DNA of 64,000 nucleotides from Verrucomicrobiales bacterium (lineage in GTDB: Bacteria > Verrucomicrobiota > Verrucomicrobiia > Verrucomicrobiales > V1-33): NCBI GenBank assembly GCA_038210825.1, contig JBBQWG010000017.1, positions 4,855 through 68,854 of the forward strand, in the 5' to 3' direction. This document shows positions 1 through 10,068 of this stretch, piece after piece. The notes under the pieces were generated by a model that saw only the letters and a list, made by a program, of their open reading frames with translations, had not been told where the DNA came from and searched no databases. The first letter of the stretch is position 1, and each line of letters begins with the position of its first letter. The position numbers and the translations under genes are program-made.

Positions 1-167
1 CCGCCGAAATCCGCTTTTTCAAGGTCCGCCCAGCTCCGTGTTTCATCGAATGCCGGGTCCGCCTGCGGATTTCTCGAAAAGGCCACCACCCGGTGTCCAT
101 TCGCCCGGGCGGCGGCAGCCACATAACGTCCGATGAAGCCGGTTGCCCCGGTGATGCCAATAACCAT
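1..167 (-). CDS. NAD-dependent epimerase/dehydratase family (TIGR01777-like); only the N-terminus is in the window
   Basis: Reverse strand reads MVIGITGATGFIGRYVAAAARANGHRVVAFSR, a Rossmann GxxGxxG motif. Runs off the left edge. Confidence 0.75.
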   Translation of the reverse strand, partial: MVIGITGATGFIGRYVAAAARANGHRVVAFSRNPQADPAFDETRSWADLEKADFG

Positions 168-280
168 GCTTACAGTTACGCCTGCCGGAGCCGGGAGCAA
201 GCCGGCAAGATCGACGCAATTTTCACGTAATAGCTGGCCAACCCCGATGACTTCTGCCTAAAACCCTACCCATCTGCCCC

Positions 281-1513
281 ATGAACCACTCCGCGCTCCT
301 GTTATCCCTGACCTCCCTTCTCCATTTTCTGCCTGGACAGGCGGCGGCCGCGCCCGCCGGGTCCGCCCTGCAATGGCAAACCCGGCAACTGACGGACGAA
401 TTCCATGCCGAAGGGGCCGCCGTGGGCGACTTCAACAAGGATGGCATCAAGGATGTCGTCTACGGTCCATGGTGGTTTGCCGGTCCAAGCTTCGCTGACC
501 ACCACCAGGTTTACCCCGCCGCCAAATTCGAGCCCCGGGGATACTCCAAAAACTTCCTGACCTATGCTCCCGATCTCAATGGGGACGGATGGGACGATGT
601 CCTTGTCCTCGGTTTCCCCGGTGATGAAAGTTACTGGTTTGAAAACCCCAAGGGAGCCCCCGGCGACTGGAAAAAACATTCCATCCTGAAGATCACTGAC
701 AACGAGTCCCCCACCTGGACCGATCTCACCGGGGACGGAAAACCTGAGATTGTCTGCAGCCAGGGAGGCTATTTTGGTTATGCCTCGCCCGGCGAGGACC
801 CTACGCAACCGTGGCCCTTTGTCCCCGTTTCCGGCAAGGCGGCCGGCGACCGGTTCACCCACGGCCTTGGCGTGGGCGATGTGAATGGCGACGGCAAAAT
901 GGACCTGCTGGAAAAAAACGGCTGGTGGGAACATCCGGCAGATCCCCGCACCCAGCCGGTCTGGACATTTCATGCGGTGCCATTTGCTCCTAACGAAGGC
1001 GGGGCCCAGATGTTTGCCTATGATTTCGACGGCGACGGAGACCATGATGTCTTCACCAGTCTTGCCGCCCATGCCTACGGCCTCGCATGGTATGAACAGA
1101 AAAAGTCCGCCGAGGGCAAAATAGAATTCATCAAACACGAATTGATGCCCAAGGATCCCAAGGCCCCCAGCAAGACCCCGGTCTACAGCATGCTGCACGC
1201 CCTCGACCTTGCGGATATCAATGGAGATGGCATCAAGGATATCGTGACCGGCAAGCGCCACTGGGCTCATGCTCCCAAAGCCGATGGCACCGGCGGGGAC
1301 CCGGGGGTCAATGATCCGGCGGTGCTTTACTGGTATGAAGTCAAAAGGGGCGGCACCAGCGGAGCAGCGGAGTTCATCCCGCACCTCATTCACAGTGATT
1401 CCGGTGTCGGCACCCAGGTCATGGTCGCCGACCTCGATGGCAAAGGCCCGGCAGAGATTATCGTCGGCAATAAAAAGGGCGCGTTTGTCCACCGCGCTGC
1501 CGTCAAGCCCTGA
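281..1513 (+). CDS. Secreted FG-GAP/VCBS repeat beta-propeller protein
   Basis: Signal peptide and repeated DxNxDGxxD motifs (DFNKDGIKD, DLNGDGWDD, DVNGDGKMD, DFDGDGDHD, DINGDGIKD). Confidence 0.85.
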   Translation: MNHSALLLSLTSLLHFLPGQAAAAPAGSALQWQTRQLTDEFHAEGAAVGDFNKDGIKDVVYGPWWFAGPSFADHHQVYPAAKFEPRGYSKNFLTYAPDLNGDGWDDVLVLGFPGDESYWFENPKGAPGDWKKHSILKITDNESPTWTDLTGDGKPEIVCSQGGYFGYASPGEDPTQPWPFVPVSGKAAGDRFTHGLGVGDVNGDGKMDLLEKNGWWEHPADPRTQPVWTFHAVPFAPNEGGAQMFAYDFDGDGDHDVFTSLAAHAYGLAWYEQKKSAEGKIEFIKHELMPKDPKAPSKTPVYSMLHALDLADINGDGIKDIVTGKRHWAHAPKADGTGGDPGVNDPAVLYWYEVKRGGTSGAAEFIPHLIHSDSGVGTQVMVADLDGKGPAEIIVGNKKGAFVHRAAVKP

Positions 1514-1543
1514 CAAAGGAAGCAGACGCACGGGAAGGAGCCC

Positions 1544-2644
1544 ATGCTCCCTTGCCACGCCGGACCCGCTGCCGCACCATGCCGGGTGAATCCGGAACAA
1601 CAGTTTGACGACGCAGTGCACGGCCCTGAGCCGCCCTTGGCACTCGCGCCCATGCAGGACGTCACTCACCTGCCCTTCTGGCGCATCATGGCACGGTATG
1701 GCGGGATCGACCTGTATTATACAGAATACATGCGGGTGCACTCCGTCTCGAAACCGGAGCGTTGGATTGTCGAGTCCATTCTCAAAAACCCCACGGGGCG
1801 TCCGGTTATTGCGCAAATCATCGGCAATGATATCCCCTCGATTCTCCGCACCCTGCCGCTGCTCCAGGCCCTGCCCATTGCCGCCATCGATCTTAACCTC
1901 GGCTGCCCGGCTCCGGTCGTATACAAAAAGTGCGCCGGTGGCGGTCTGCTGCGCCAATTGCCTTTGGTGGACCAACTTCTCGGAGCCATGCGGGATGCGA
2001 TTCCGGGCCGCTTCACCGTCAAGACCCGCATCGGTTTTGACGGGCCGGTGACCGATGCCCTCATTCCCCTGCTGCAAAAACACCGGCCCGACCTCGTGAC
2101 GGTTCACGGACGCACCGTGCTGGAGATGTATCGCGGCGGGATCCACTACGACCAGATCCGTTCCATCGCCCGGGCCCTGCCCTGCCCGGTGCTTGCCAAT
2201 GGCAATGTTTCCACGCCGGAAATGGCGCAGGAAACCCTCAGCCGCACCGGGGCCCGGGGCCTGATGATTGGCCGGGGAGCCATCCGCAATCCGTGGCTCT
2301 TCCAACAAATCCGCCAGCACCGCGCGGGGGCACCGGTCACCTTGCCCACCGGGCGGCAGGTCCTCGCTTACGTCCACGAACTCTGGGAGGAAACCTGGCA
2401 TCCTACCTCCACTGGAGCCACCCATGTGCATTCCATGAAGCGCTACCTCAACTTCATCGGAGCCGGAATCACGGGCGACGGACAATTCCTTGACCGCATC
2501 CGCCGCGCCCGTAGCGAAGACGAATTTTTCATCATCTGCCGGGACTATCTTGATCATTCCGAACCCATGCTGCTTGATCCCCCGCCCGGCCTGGTGCAGA
2601 CAGGGGCCTGCGGGACCAACGCCCCCCTGGTTGCGGCAGGTTAG
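1544..2644 (+). CDS. tRNA-dihydrouridine synthase family protein (start uncertain)
   Basis: LAPMQD, NLGCP, VKTRIG, HGRT, NGNV and MIGRGAIRNPW motifs. Confidence 0.9.
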   Translation: MLPCHAGPAAAPCRVNPEQQFDDAVHGPEPPLALAPMQDVTHLPFWRIMARYGGIDLYYTEYMRVHSVSKPERWIVESILKNPTGRPVIAQIIGNDIPSILRTLPLLQALPIAAIDLNLGCPAPVVYKKCAGGGLLRQLPLVDQLLGAMRDAIPGRFTVKTRIGFDGPVTDALIPLLQKHRPDLVTVHGRTVLEMYRGGIHYDQIRSIARALPCPVLANGNVSTPEMAQETLSRTGARGLMIGRGAIRNPWLFQQIRQHRAGAPVTLPTGRQVLAYVHELWEETWHPTSTGATHVHSMKRYLNFIGAGITGDGQFLDRIRRARSEDEFFIICRDYLDHSEPMLLDPPPGLVQTGACGTNAPLVAAG

Positions 2645-2753
2645 ACTTGATGGCTGCGGCGGCCCGTCTGTCCCTGACGCGTCCGTTCGAAAAAAGCCGG
2701 AGGCAAAATCCCCTCTGCTCTGGGTTTTTCCCCCGTTGGCATCTCTCCCTCAA

Positions 2754-2782
2754 TTGACACCCCGGCCCGCCTGGCCTACCTC
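2754..2782 (+). promoter_or_regulatory. Candidate sigma70 promoter for the MBL hydrolase gene
   Basis: TTGACA-N17-TACCTC, ending 16 nt before the ATG at 2799. Confidence 0.4.
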
Positions 2783-2798
2783 CGTCCGGTAGTATGGT

Positions 2799-3728
2799 AT
2801 GTTGAAATTGATTGTTCTTGGCAGTGGCAGTGCGGGCAATTGTGCGGTGGTTTGCACCGGCACGTCGCGGCTGCTGATCGATGCCGGACTGAGCGCCGCC
2901 CGGATCCTGGAACGTCTCGCAGCCGTAAACGTGGCTCCCGATACCCTTTCGGGCATCCTGATCACCCACGAGCACGGCGATCACTGCAGGGGGCTTGATG
3001 TCCTGACGCGGCGGCATCCCCTTCCCATCCTTTGCAATGCGCGCACCCGGGAGGTGCTCAAGGATTCCCTCAAACCGGACAAACACTGGCAACTCATCCC
3101 GTCCGGCGGGGCCTTTGCCTATGCCGGCATGGAACTGGAAACGTTCTCCGTGCCCCATGATGCGGCGGATCCCGTAGGCTTGGTGCTGCGTCATGGCGGG
3201 GCGGCTCTCGGCCTTCTCAGCGACGTCGGCCACGCCACGGCGCTCATGCGTCAAAAACTCCGCGATATCGATACTCTCTTCATCGAAGCCAATTACGACA
3301 CCACGCTGCTGGCTCAGGATCAAAAGCGCCCGTGGTCCACCAAACAACGCATTCAGGGCCGCCATGGCCACCTCTCCAATGACCAGACTGCCACCCTCGT
3401 GGCCGAAATCCTAACTCCACGACTGGAGCGGGTTTTGCTGGGCCATTTAAGTCAGGACTGCAACTCCCCGGATCTTGCGACGACCGCCGTCCGCAAGGTA
3501 TTGAGTGTCCTCCAACGCCCTGACGTCGAAGTGACCTGTGCTCCGGCCCATCAACCCACCCCGTGGTTTCCGGTGAGGCTGCGGCATCCTGCGGCACCCA
3601 TCCCTCCCGCCGTCACCTCTCCGGTTTTTCCCGGTCCGGTGGCGGTGGCGGTGGCAGTGGACGCCAAAACCCGACGGCCCCCGGAAAGCCCGGGCATGGC
3701 CGGGTGGCATCAGTTGGAACTGCTTTGA
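2799..3728 (+). CDS. MBL-fold metallo-hydrolase, YycJ/WalJ-like, with a Pro-rich C-terminal extension
   Basis: LGSGSAGN, LIDAG, THEHGDH, SVPHDA, IEANYD, GHLSN and LGHLSQDCN motifs. Confidence 0.9.
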   Translation: MLKLIVLGSGSAGNCAVVCTGTSRLLIDAGLSAARILERLAAVNVAPDTLSGILITHEHGDHCRGLDVLTRRHPLPILCNARTREVLKDSLKPDKHWQLIPSGGAFAYAGMELETFSVPHDAADPVGLVLRHGGAALGLLSDVGHATALMRQKLRDIDTLFIEANYDTTLLAQDQKRPWSTKQRIQGRHGHLSNDQTATLVAEILTPRLERVLLGHLSQDCNSPDLATTAVRKVLSVLQRPDVEVTCAPAHQPTPWFPVRLRHPAAPIPPAVTSPVFPGPVAVAVAVDAKTRRPPESPGMAGWHQLELL

Positions 3729-3786
3729 TAGCCGGACCGCCTGCCCGCACCCCGGAAGGGGCCTTGTTATAGGTATCGTTATTGGA

Positions 3787-4488
3787 TCAAGCCCGGCGGC
3801 GGCGGGAGAGCAGGCCCATCCCCAACAAAGCCAACAGACTGGCGCTTCCCGGTTCGGGAATCAACTGGCCTCCCCCGAGGATGCCGGCATTTTCCAATGG
3901 ACCAGCGGCCGTCTGCAGGCGGGCTTCCCCGATCTGCATGCTGTTCACCGTGCCGTCAGCGGACCCCTTTACCGTCGGAAATACGAGGAGATACGTCGAA
4001 TAGGCGGTTGGATTGGCAAAAGTAGTATTGAACGTGGAGCGGGTGGTTCCCCGGGTTGCCGCATCGTCCGGCAGCAGCACGGTTCCTGACGAAATGGCCG
4101 TAAAAGCAGTGTCCACGTTGAAACTGGTTCCAGCCACCGTGCTGGCGGTCGCCGTGTTGCTGCCGTAAAGGATATAGGTGGCGGGATCACGCAGGGGAGC
4201 GTCATTGCCAGAGACAAAATTGATGCCAGTCACCACTGCGGCGGTGCTGCCCGTGGTGGTGTAGATGTAGCCCGTGTTGTTTTTGGCGAAATTCAGATAC
4301 TTGTTGGTCAGATTCCCATCAATGGCATTCCCGGGATTCTCCCCCCCGCTGGCAGGCCACACATTGGGCAGATTGGGCAAGGCAGGATTGGCGACAGCCT
4401 GGGAACCGATCACGAAGGTCAGGGCGGCACTGGCCGGGACAGCACCGGCAACGCTCAGGATGGCAAAGATCAACAGAGGGGATTTCAT
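3787..4488 (-). CDS. PEP-CTERM surface protein with a discoidin/CBM32-like beta-sandwich
   Basis: Signal peptide; ENPGNAIDG..TNKYLNF..NDAPLRDP..LYGSN..MQIGE pattern; C-terminal IPEPGSASLLALLGMGLLSRRRRA. Confidence 0.85.
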   Translation of the reverse strand: MKSPLLIFAILSVAGAVPASAALTFVIGSQAVANPALPNLPNVWPASGGENPGNAIDGNLTNKYLNFAKNNTGYIYTTTGSTAAVVTGINFVSGNDAPLRDPATYILYGSNTATASTVAGTSFNVDTAFTAISSGTVLLPDDAATRGTTRSTFNTTFANPTAYSTYLLVFPTVKGSADGTVNSMQIGEARLQTAAGPLENAGILGGGQLIPEPGSASLLALLGMGLLSRRRRA

Positions 4489-4787
4489 TTTTGTGGTTTG
4501 CTTGATGACTTCCGTGACGGCCTTCCGGGATACGAAATCGTCACAATGTGCTGCCTATTCATTCATGGCAATCATTCTGTGGTCAACTGATTTAGAGGAA
4601 AATTAATACTAATTTGCCGGGAATTCACGCCATTTGGCAGGCCGGTGATCTCCGCCGGGCACACGGCGGCACCTCATTCGGCCGGCTTCGGAAGGGGGGC
4701 CGGATAGGACGATAGGACAGCCGCATCGCGCCCTTTCCAACCCGGCAGGACCACCCCACCTTATGCCTTCAAAACTGCGCTTTGACC

Positions 4788-5579
4788 ATGCCAGCCGACT
4801 ATCACCTGCATACCCCGCTTTGCCATCATGCCACCGGTTGGCCGGTGGAGTATGCCCGCAGGGCGGTGGAACTGGGTTTGCCCGAAATCGGATTTTCCGA
4901 CCACAGCCCCATGCCGGATTATTTCGATGATTGGCGCATGGCGGACAGCGACCTGCCCCGCTATCTGGAGGCGGTCGAAGCTGCGCGCTTGCAGTTCCCG
5001 GCCCTGCCGATCCGGCTCGGCCTGGAAGTCGACTGGCTGCAGGGCGGCGAAGCATGGATCGATGCCCTCGCCCAACGGGCCCAGTGGGACTACCTGATCG
5101 GCAGCGTCCACTACCTTGGGGATTGGAACTTCGACAACCCCGCAGAAACCGCCCGCTTCAGCCACTTTGGAGTCGAAGCTGCCTGGGACCGCTATTGGCT
5201 CCTCTTTGGTCAGGCCGCCCGCTCCCGGCGGTTTGAAATCATGGGCCACCCGGATCTGGTAAAAAAATTCAAACACCGTCCCGACGGGGATCTGCGCCGC
5301 TACTATGAACCGGCAGTGCAGGCCTGTCTCGAGGCCGGTGTCGCTATCGAAATCAACACTGCCGGCCTCTTCAAACCCGTGGCCGAGATGTATCCAGCCC
5401 CCGAATTCCTCACTCTCGCCGCCACTGCCGGCATCCCCCTCACCATCAATTCCGATGCCCACTCCCCGGAGGAAGTCGGCCGCGCTTTTCCGGAAGCCGT
5501 CCAACTGGCCAAAGCCTGCGGATTCAAACAACTGGCCCGGTTCACCGGCCGCCAACGCCGCCTGGTCCCGCTGGACTGA
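4788..5579 (+). CDS. Histidinol-phosphatase, HisJ/PHP family
   Basis: DYHLHTPLCHHA, SDH, GLEVD, SVH, GHPDL and NSDAH motifs. Confidence 0.85.
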   Translation: MPADYHLHTPLCHHATGWPVEYARRAVELGLPEIGFSDHSPMPDYFDDWRMADSDLPRYLEAVEAARLQFPALPIRLGLEVDWLQGGEAWIDALAQRAQWDYLIGSVHYLGDWNFDNPAETARFSHFGVEAAWDRYWLLFGQAARSRRFEIMGHPDLVKKFKHRPDGDLRRYYEPAVQACLEAGVAIEINTAGLFKPVAEMYPAPEFLTLAATAGIPLTINSDAHSPEEVGRAFPEAVQLAKACGFKQLARFTGRQRRLVPLD

Positions 5580-5726
5580 GGCGGACGTCCTGAAAAGCGT
5601 GTTGCGCGACGGAACGCACGATCACCCGGCTTGCCGGAATGAGGCGCGGACGTCCCAGAAAAGTGTTTCCTCCCGCCGCCGCGTCGCTTAAGACAAAGTC
5701 CTCCACCACTCTGTTTCCTGTCCCTT

Positions 5727-6818
5727 ATGAAACCTTCACGCAAATTCTCCCGCCGGCATTTTCTCGCTACGACGACCGCCGCGTTCGCTGCACCACAGGT
5801 GCTCACGGCCCAGAAGTCGGATAAACAACTTGTTATCGGTGAGGGGGCACATCGCTACGAAGTGCTGCACAACTGGGCGCAGTTGCCGGACAAATACCAG
5901 TGGCAGACCACGCACAACGTCGCCGTGGACGCCGAAGGACTGCTTTACGTCATCCACGAGGGCCGCGAAAATCTGAAGGACCATCCGTCCATTTTCGTCT
6001 TTGACGACAAAGGGAAATTCGTGCGTGCCTTCGGCAATCAGTTTCAGGGCGGCGGTCACGGCTTGGAGGTCCGCACCGAGGGCACCGCGCAATTTCTTTA
6101 TGTCACCGGCTATCAGCAATTGAAAAATTTTGCCAAGCTTACGCTGCAAGGCGAGCCCGTGTGGGAAAAGCGGGCCCCGATGGAGTCGATGCTGTATCCG
6201 GAGAACGAAGACACGAAACCGTCCAAGCGCTGGGGCCGCGATGCCTTCATGCCGACGAATTTTGCCTTCCTGCCCGATGGCGGATTCTTCGTCGCCGACG
6301 GTTATGGCTCGTTCCGCATCCATCGTTACGACAAGGAGGGAAAGTGGGTCTCCATGTTCGGCGGGCCCGGCAAGGGAGACGGCCAGTTCGACACGCCGCA
6401 TGGGGTGTGGATCGACTCCCGTTCAGGGCGCACCCCATCAGTCGTGGTCGCGGACCGCGCGAACAAACGGCTGCAATGGTTCACGCTGGAAGGCAATCAC
6501 CTCAAGACACTCGACGGATTCATCCTGCCGGCAAACATCGATTCGCACCAGGACGTCCTGCTCGTCCCTGACCTGAGCGCGCGGATCACACTGCTGGACA
6601 AGGACGATAAAGTGATCACTCATCTGGGTGAAGATCCTGCCTGGCGCGAACAAGTATTAAAGGACGGCATGAAACTCCGCCGCGACGAAAAGAGCGAAGG
6701 TTGGGTCGCGGGAAAATTCCTCCATCCGCACGATGCGTGTTTTGATGCCGCCGGAAATATCTTTGTGGCCGAGTGGGTCCATACGGGACGTATCACAAAA
6801 CTGCGGAAAGTGGGATGA
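5727..6818 (+). CDS. Tat-exported NHL-repeat beta-propeller (peptidyl-alpha-hydroxyglycine amidating lyase-like)
   Basis: SRRHFL twin-arginine signal; NHL repeats (FFVADGYG, FDTPHGVWID, VVVADRAN, HPHDACFD). Confidence 0.8.
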   Translation: MKPSRKFSRRHFLATTTAAFAAPQVLTAQKSDKQLVIGEGAHRYEVLHNWAQLPDKYQWQTTHNVAVDAEGLLYVIHEGRENLKDHPSIFVFDDKGKFVRAFGNQFQGGGHGLEVRTEGTAQFLYVTGYQQLKNFAKLTLQGEPVWEKRAPMESMLYPENEDTKPSKRWGRDAFMPTNFAFLPDGGFFVADGYGSFRIHRYDKEGKWVSMFGGPGKGDGQFDTPHGVWIDSRSGRTPSVVVADRANKRLQWFTLEGNHLKTLDGFILPANIDSHQDVLLVPDLSARITLLDKDDKVITHLGEDPAWREQVLKDGMKLRRDEKSEGWVAGKFLHPHDACFDAAGNIFVAEWVHTGRITKLRKVG

Positions 6819-6970
6819 ACCCGCCACGCCTGCCGGTGCCTCATGGAGCGCCATGTCCGAAAATGACACCCTGGCTCCAAGGGATGTCCAGACCGCTGGA
6901 CTTCCAGAATAACAAAGCGGAGTTAATCGGACTGTTCTGTTCTGATTGACATCAAAACATGCCCCAACCA

Positions 6971-7000
6971 TTGACATCAGGTTTTTTGTTTCCCTACCTT
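6971..7000 (+). promoter_or_regulatory. Candidate sigma70 promoter for the CxxCH dehydrogenase gene
   Basis: TTGACA-N18-TACCTT, ending 28 nt before the ATG at 7029. The -35 lies inside the second of two ATTGACATCA repeats. Confidence 0.45.
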
Positions 7001-7028
7001 CCGTTTCAGAATTCCAGCCGTGCCCTCC

Positions 7029-9965
7029 ATGATCCGCCGTCTCATTCCTCTGCTCGCTGCGATGCCTGCGGCGGCCCGGCCGCCGGTGGCGGAGGATTTT
7101 GTGCTGGATCCCGTCTGCAGGATGGAGCTCTGGGCGGGGGAGCCTGACATCGTGGATCCCGTGGGACTCACGTTCGATGCGGCGGGACGGGCTTATGTGC
7201 TGGAAATGCGTGATTACCCGCTTGGCACGGATGGCAAAGGCGCGCCCGGGGGCACCATCCGGTGCCTTGAGGACACCAACGGCGATGGCAAGCCAGACAG
7301 GAGTGTGCTCTTTGCGGAAGGCCTGCGCTTTCCCACCTCCATCTGCGCGGTGAAGGACGGCGTCGTCGTCAGCGCGCCGCCGGAGATCGTTTTTCTCGCC
7401 GACCGCGACGGCGACGGCCGGGCGGAGGTGCGCGAAGTGTGGTTCACCGGCTTTTTGGCGGGCGTGACCGACAGCAATTTCAACGGGCTGCGCTGGCACA
7501 TGGACGGGCGCATCCACGGCGTAAATGGCGGCAACGGCGGACTCGTCTTCAATCCGGAAAAGCCTCACAAATTCACGCGTCTCGCGGAACTTGATTTCGC
7601 GTTTGATCCGCAGTCGAAGGAACTCGCCACCACCTATCCAACGGGCGGCGGGTTTGGCCTGGTGTTCGATGACGTGGGCCGGAGTTTCGTGACGCACAAC
7701 ATCAACCACATGCAGATGCGCATCCTGCCACAGTCGGTGCTGGATGAAGTTCCCGGCGGTTCGCCGCTCCGCGGCACGCAGAACATCTCCGTCCATGGGG
7801 AGAACTGCCGCATCTATCCCGTCCACGACGCGCAGACACGGCCCAACCACCCTGAGCAGGCAGGCTACTTTTCCAGCGCCGGGGGCATGGGTTATCTGAA
7901 TCACAGCGGTTGGCCGGCGGAGTTCGCGCACTCGCTGTTCGTCTGTGACGCGGCCTCCGGCGTCGTGCATCTCGAGGTGCTTTCGCCTGACGGTCCTATC
8001 GTAAAATCGCAGCGCCCCCCCGGCGGGGAAACGCGCGAATTCCTCGCCGGCCGGGATCCTGCGTTCCGCCCCGCCGGCGTGGAGCTGGGTCCGGATGGCG
8101 CCCTTTATATTCTCGACATGCAGCGCGAAGTCATCGAGCACCCTGACTACATCCCGCCGCGCATGAAGGCCAAGGTGGACCTCCGCGCCGGGAGCGGCCG
8201 TGGCCGAATTTGGCGGATAGTTCCCCAAGCCGGCTTGCCGGAACCTGACAAACTGCCGGCACGGGCGGGCGTGGAGGAACGGGTGAGAATGCTCGGATCG
8301 GCGAACCAGTGGACGCGGCTCGCGGCACAGCGGCTGCTGGTGGAGCAGCCTGACGGAAAGGCGGTGCCGCTGCTGCAGGCCGCGCTCCGTCAGGAAAAGC
8401 ACGGGCAGGATCTGCCGCCTGACTCGCCTCCTTCCCATTCCGCGCACCAGTCGCTCCATGCCCTGTGGACGCTCGCCGTCCTCGACAAACTCACTGCGGC
8501 CGACCTCACCGCCGCCGCCAGCCATCACTCTCCGGCGGTCCGCGCCGCCGCCTTCACGGTTGCCAGCCCTTCCTTGCCCGACGCCCCCGCCCGTCAAGCC
8601 ATGGCCCGTCTGGCGGACGACCCGGACCTGCGCGTCCGCTGGCAGTTTCTCCTCCACGCACGCGCCCTTGCCCTGGCAACAGATCAAAGCCTTTCCCATG
8701 CCTCGCTCGAAGCGCTCCGCCGGGATGGAGCCAATGTCTGGGTGCGCACGGCCGCTCTCCGGCTCCTCGGCGACCATGTCAGCGATGCCATGGCACTCAT
8801 CCTGTCCGGAAAACGGGATGAGCCGGATTTCCTGCGCGACTTCGCCCGGGCGCAAAGCAACCCGGCAGTGCTTTCCCGTCTTCTTGTGGCAGGTTTTGAC
8901 CTTGGCAGACCACAGCTTTGGGCGGTGGTTGAAGGCGCTCTCCCTGCCATGAAAGCCCACAAACTGAGTCCTGAAATTCCTGACAACTGGCTCCGGAGTG
9001 ACGATCCTACCGTCCTCAACGCCGCGCTCACGCTGGAATCCGCGGGTGGCATCGTCTCCGGAACAATCGACCGCGATGCCCTGGCCGCCCGCATCCTGCG
9101 GTCCCTGGCATCCACCCCGTCCACGGAGTCCAAAGCCCCATGGATCCGTCTTCTCCGCCACTTTCCCCTCACAAAAACCGCCGACACCCTCTTTCCCTCC
9201 CTGCACGCCGGGGAGGCTCCGGAAATTCAACAGGCTGCGCTGGAAAGCCTGCGCGCGCGTCCCGAGCTTGAGGTGGCGGACACCCTCGTAAAAGACTGGG
9301 CGCTCCTCTCACCCTCTCTCCGTCCCTCCCTCGCCGCCCTGATGGTGGAGCGGCGTGAATACCGTCCTGCCCTTGCCGACGCCCTCGTTTCCGGTGCCAT
9401 CAAGCCCGGCGAGATCAGCCTCGACCTCGAGCAACGGCGTCAACTGCTGCGCCACAGCGGGGCGGAGATCCGCGATAAAGTCTCCCAATTCCTGACTGAC
9501 GACGAATACAGCAACCGCGCCGCCGTCGTGGATGCCTGGCTCGCGAAATTGCCTGCCACGGGCGATGCCAAACGCGGGCGCACGGTCTTCACCAACCAGT
9601 GCGCCCAGTGCCACCGGGCCGGCGGTTTGGGCCATGAAGTCGGACCGGACCTCGCGGCCCAAAGCCATCGCAGCGTGGAGGATTTGTTGACCCACATCCT
9701 CGATCCCGACGCCGCCATCAATCCCAACTACGCGGCATTTATCGCGGAGACCAACGACGGCCGGAAGCAGGCCGGAATTCTTGTCAGCAGCAGCGGCGCA
9801 AATATCGTGCTCCGTCAGGCGATGGGCCTCCAGGTCGAAATTCCCCGCGCCGAAGTGAAGTCGCTGCAATCCACCGGCCACAGCCTCATGCCCGCCGGTC
9901 AGGAGGCCCTGTTTACTCCGCAGGAGATGCGCGACCTTATCGCTTTTCTTCAGGAGAAGGAATGA
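7029..9965 (+). CDS. PVC-type membrane-bound dehydrogenase domain / heme-binding CxxCH protein
   Basis: N-terminal propeller (EPDIVDPVGLTFD, GRIWRI), HEAT-like middle region, C-terminal CAQCH, GPDL, HILDP and SLMP motifs. Confidence 0.9.
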   Translation: MIRRLIPLLAAMPAAARPPVAEDFVLDPVCRMELWAGEPDIVDPVGLTFDAAGRAYVLEMRDYPLGTDGKGAPGGTIRCLEDTNGDGKPDRSVLFAEGLRFPTSICAVKDGVVVSAPPEIVFLADRDGDGRAEVREVWFTGFLAGVTDSNFNGLRWHMDGRIHGVNGGNGGLVFNPEKPHKFTRLAELDFAFDPQSKELATTYPTGGGFGLVFDDVGRSFVTHNINHMQMRILPQSVLDEVPGGSPLRGTQNISVHGENCRIYPVHDAQTRPNHPEQAGYFSSAGGMGYLNHSGWPAEFAHSLFVCDAASGVVHLEVLSPDGPIVKSQRPPGGETREFLAGRDPAFRPAGVELGPDGALYILDMQREVIEHPDYIPPRMKAKVDLRAGSGRGRIWRIVPQAGLPEPDKLPARAGVEERVRMLGSANQWTRLAAQRLLVEQPDGKAVPLLQAALRQEKHGQDLPPDSPPSHSAHQSLHALWTLAVLDKLTAADLTAAASHHSPAVRAAAFTVASPSLPDAPARQAMARLADDPDLRVRWQFLLHARALALATDQSLSHASLEALRRDGANVWVRTAALRLLGDHVSDAMALILSGKRDEPDFLRDFARAQSNPAVLSRLLVAGFDLGRPQLWAVVEGALPAMKAHKLSPEIPDNWLRSDDPTVLNAALTLESAGGIVSGTIDRDALAARILRSLASTPSTESKAPWIRLLRHFPLTKTADTLFPSLHAGEAPEIQQAALESLRARPELEVADTLVKDWALLSPSLRPSLAALMVERREYRPALADALVSGAIKPGEISLDLEQRRQLLRHSGAEIRDKVSQFLTDDEYSNRAAVVDAWLAKLPATGDAKRGRTVFTNQCAQCHRAGGLGHEVGPDLAAQSHRSVEDLLTHILDPDAAINPNYAAFIAETNDGRKQAGILVSSSGANIVLRQAMGLQVEIPRAEVKSLQSTGHSLMPAGQEALFTPQEMRDLIAFLQEKE

Positions 9966-10068
9966 CCATGCTTTCCATTTGCACAGGTTGTGAGCGCCCT
10001 TTCCTTCACGGTGACGGCGGCCCCTCAAAGCCGGAGGCTGCCCTGCCTGATCCGCTGTCAAACCTCCC

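Noticed and set aside
302-2557. Long antisense ORFs (also 6657-9230, 12342-14222, 14898-16799, 19947-21401, 49323-50618, 52655-54361)
   Set aside because: Shadow frames opposite well-supported genes in GC-rich DNA; no recognisable motifs.
4489-4640. Sigma54 promoter upstream of the PEP-CTERM gene
   Set aside because: The best candidate (AGGCAG-N4-TTGT) has the wrong -24/-12 spacing and lacks the GC.
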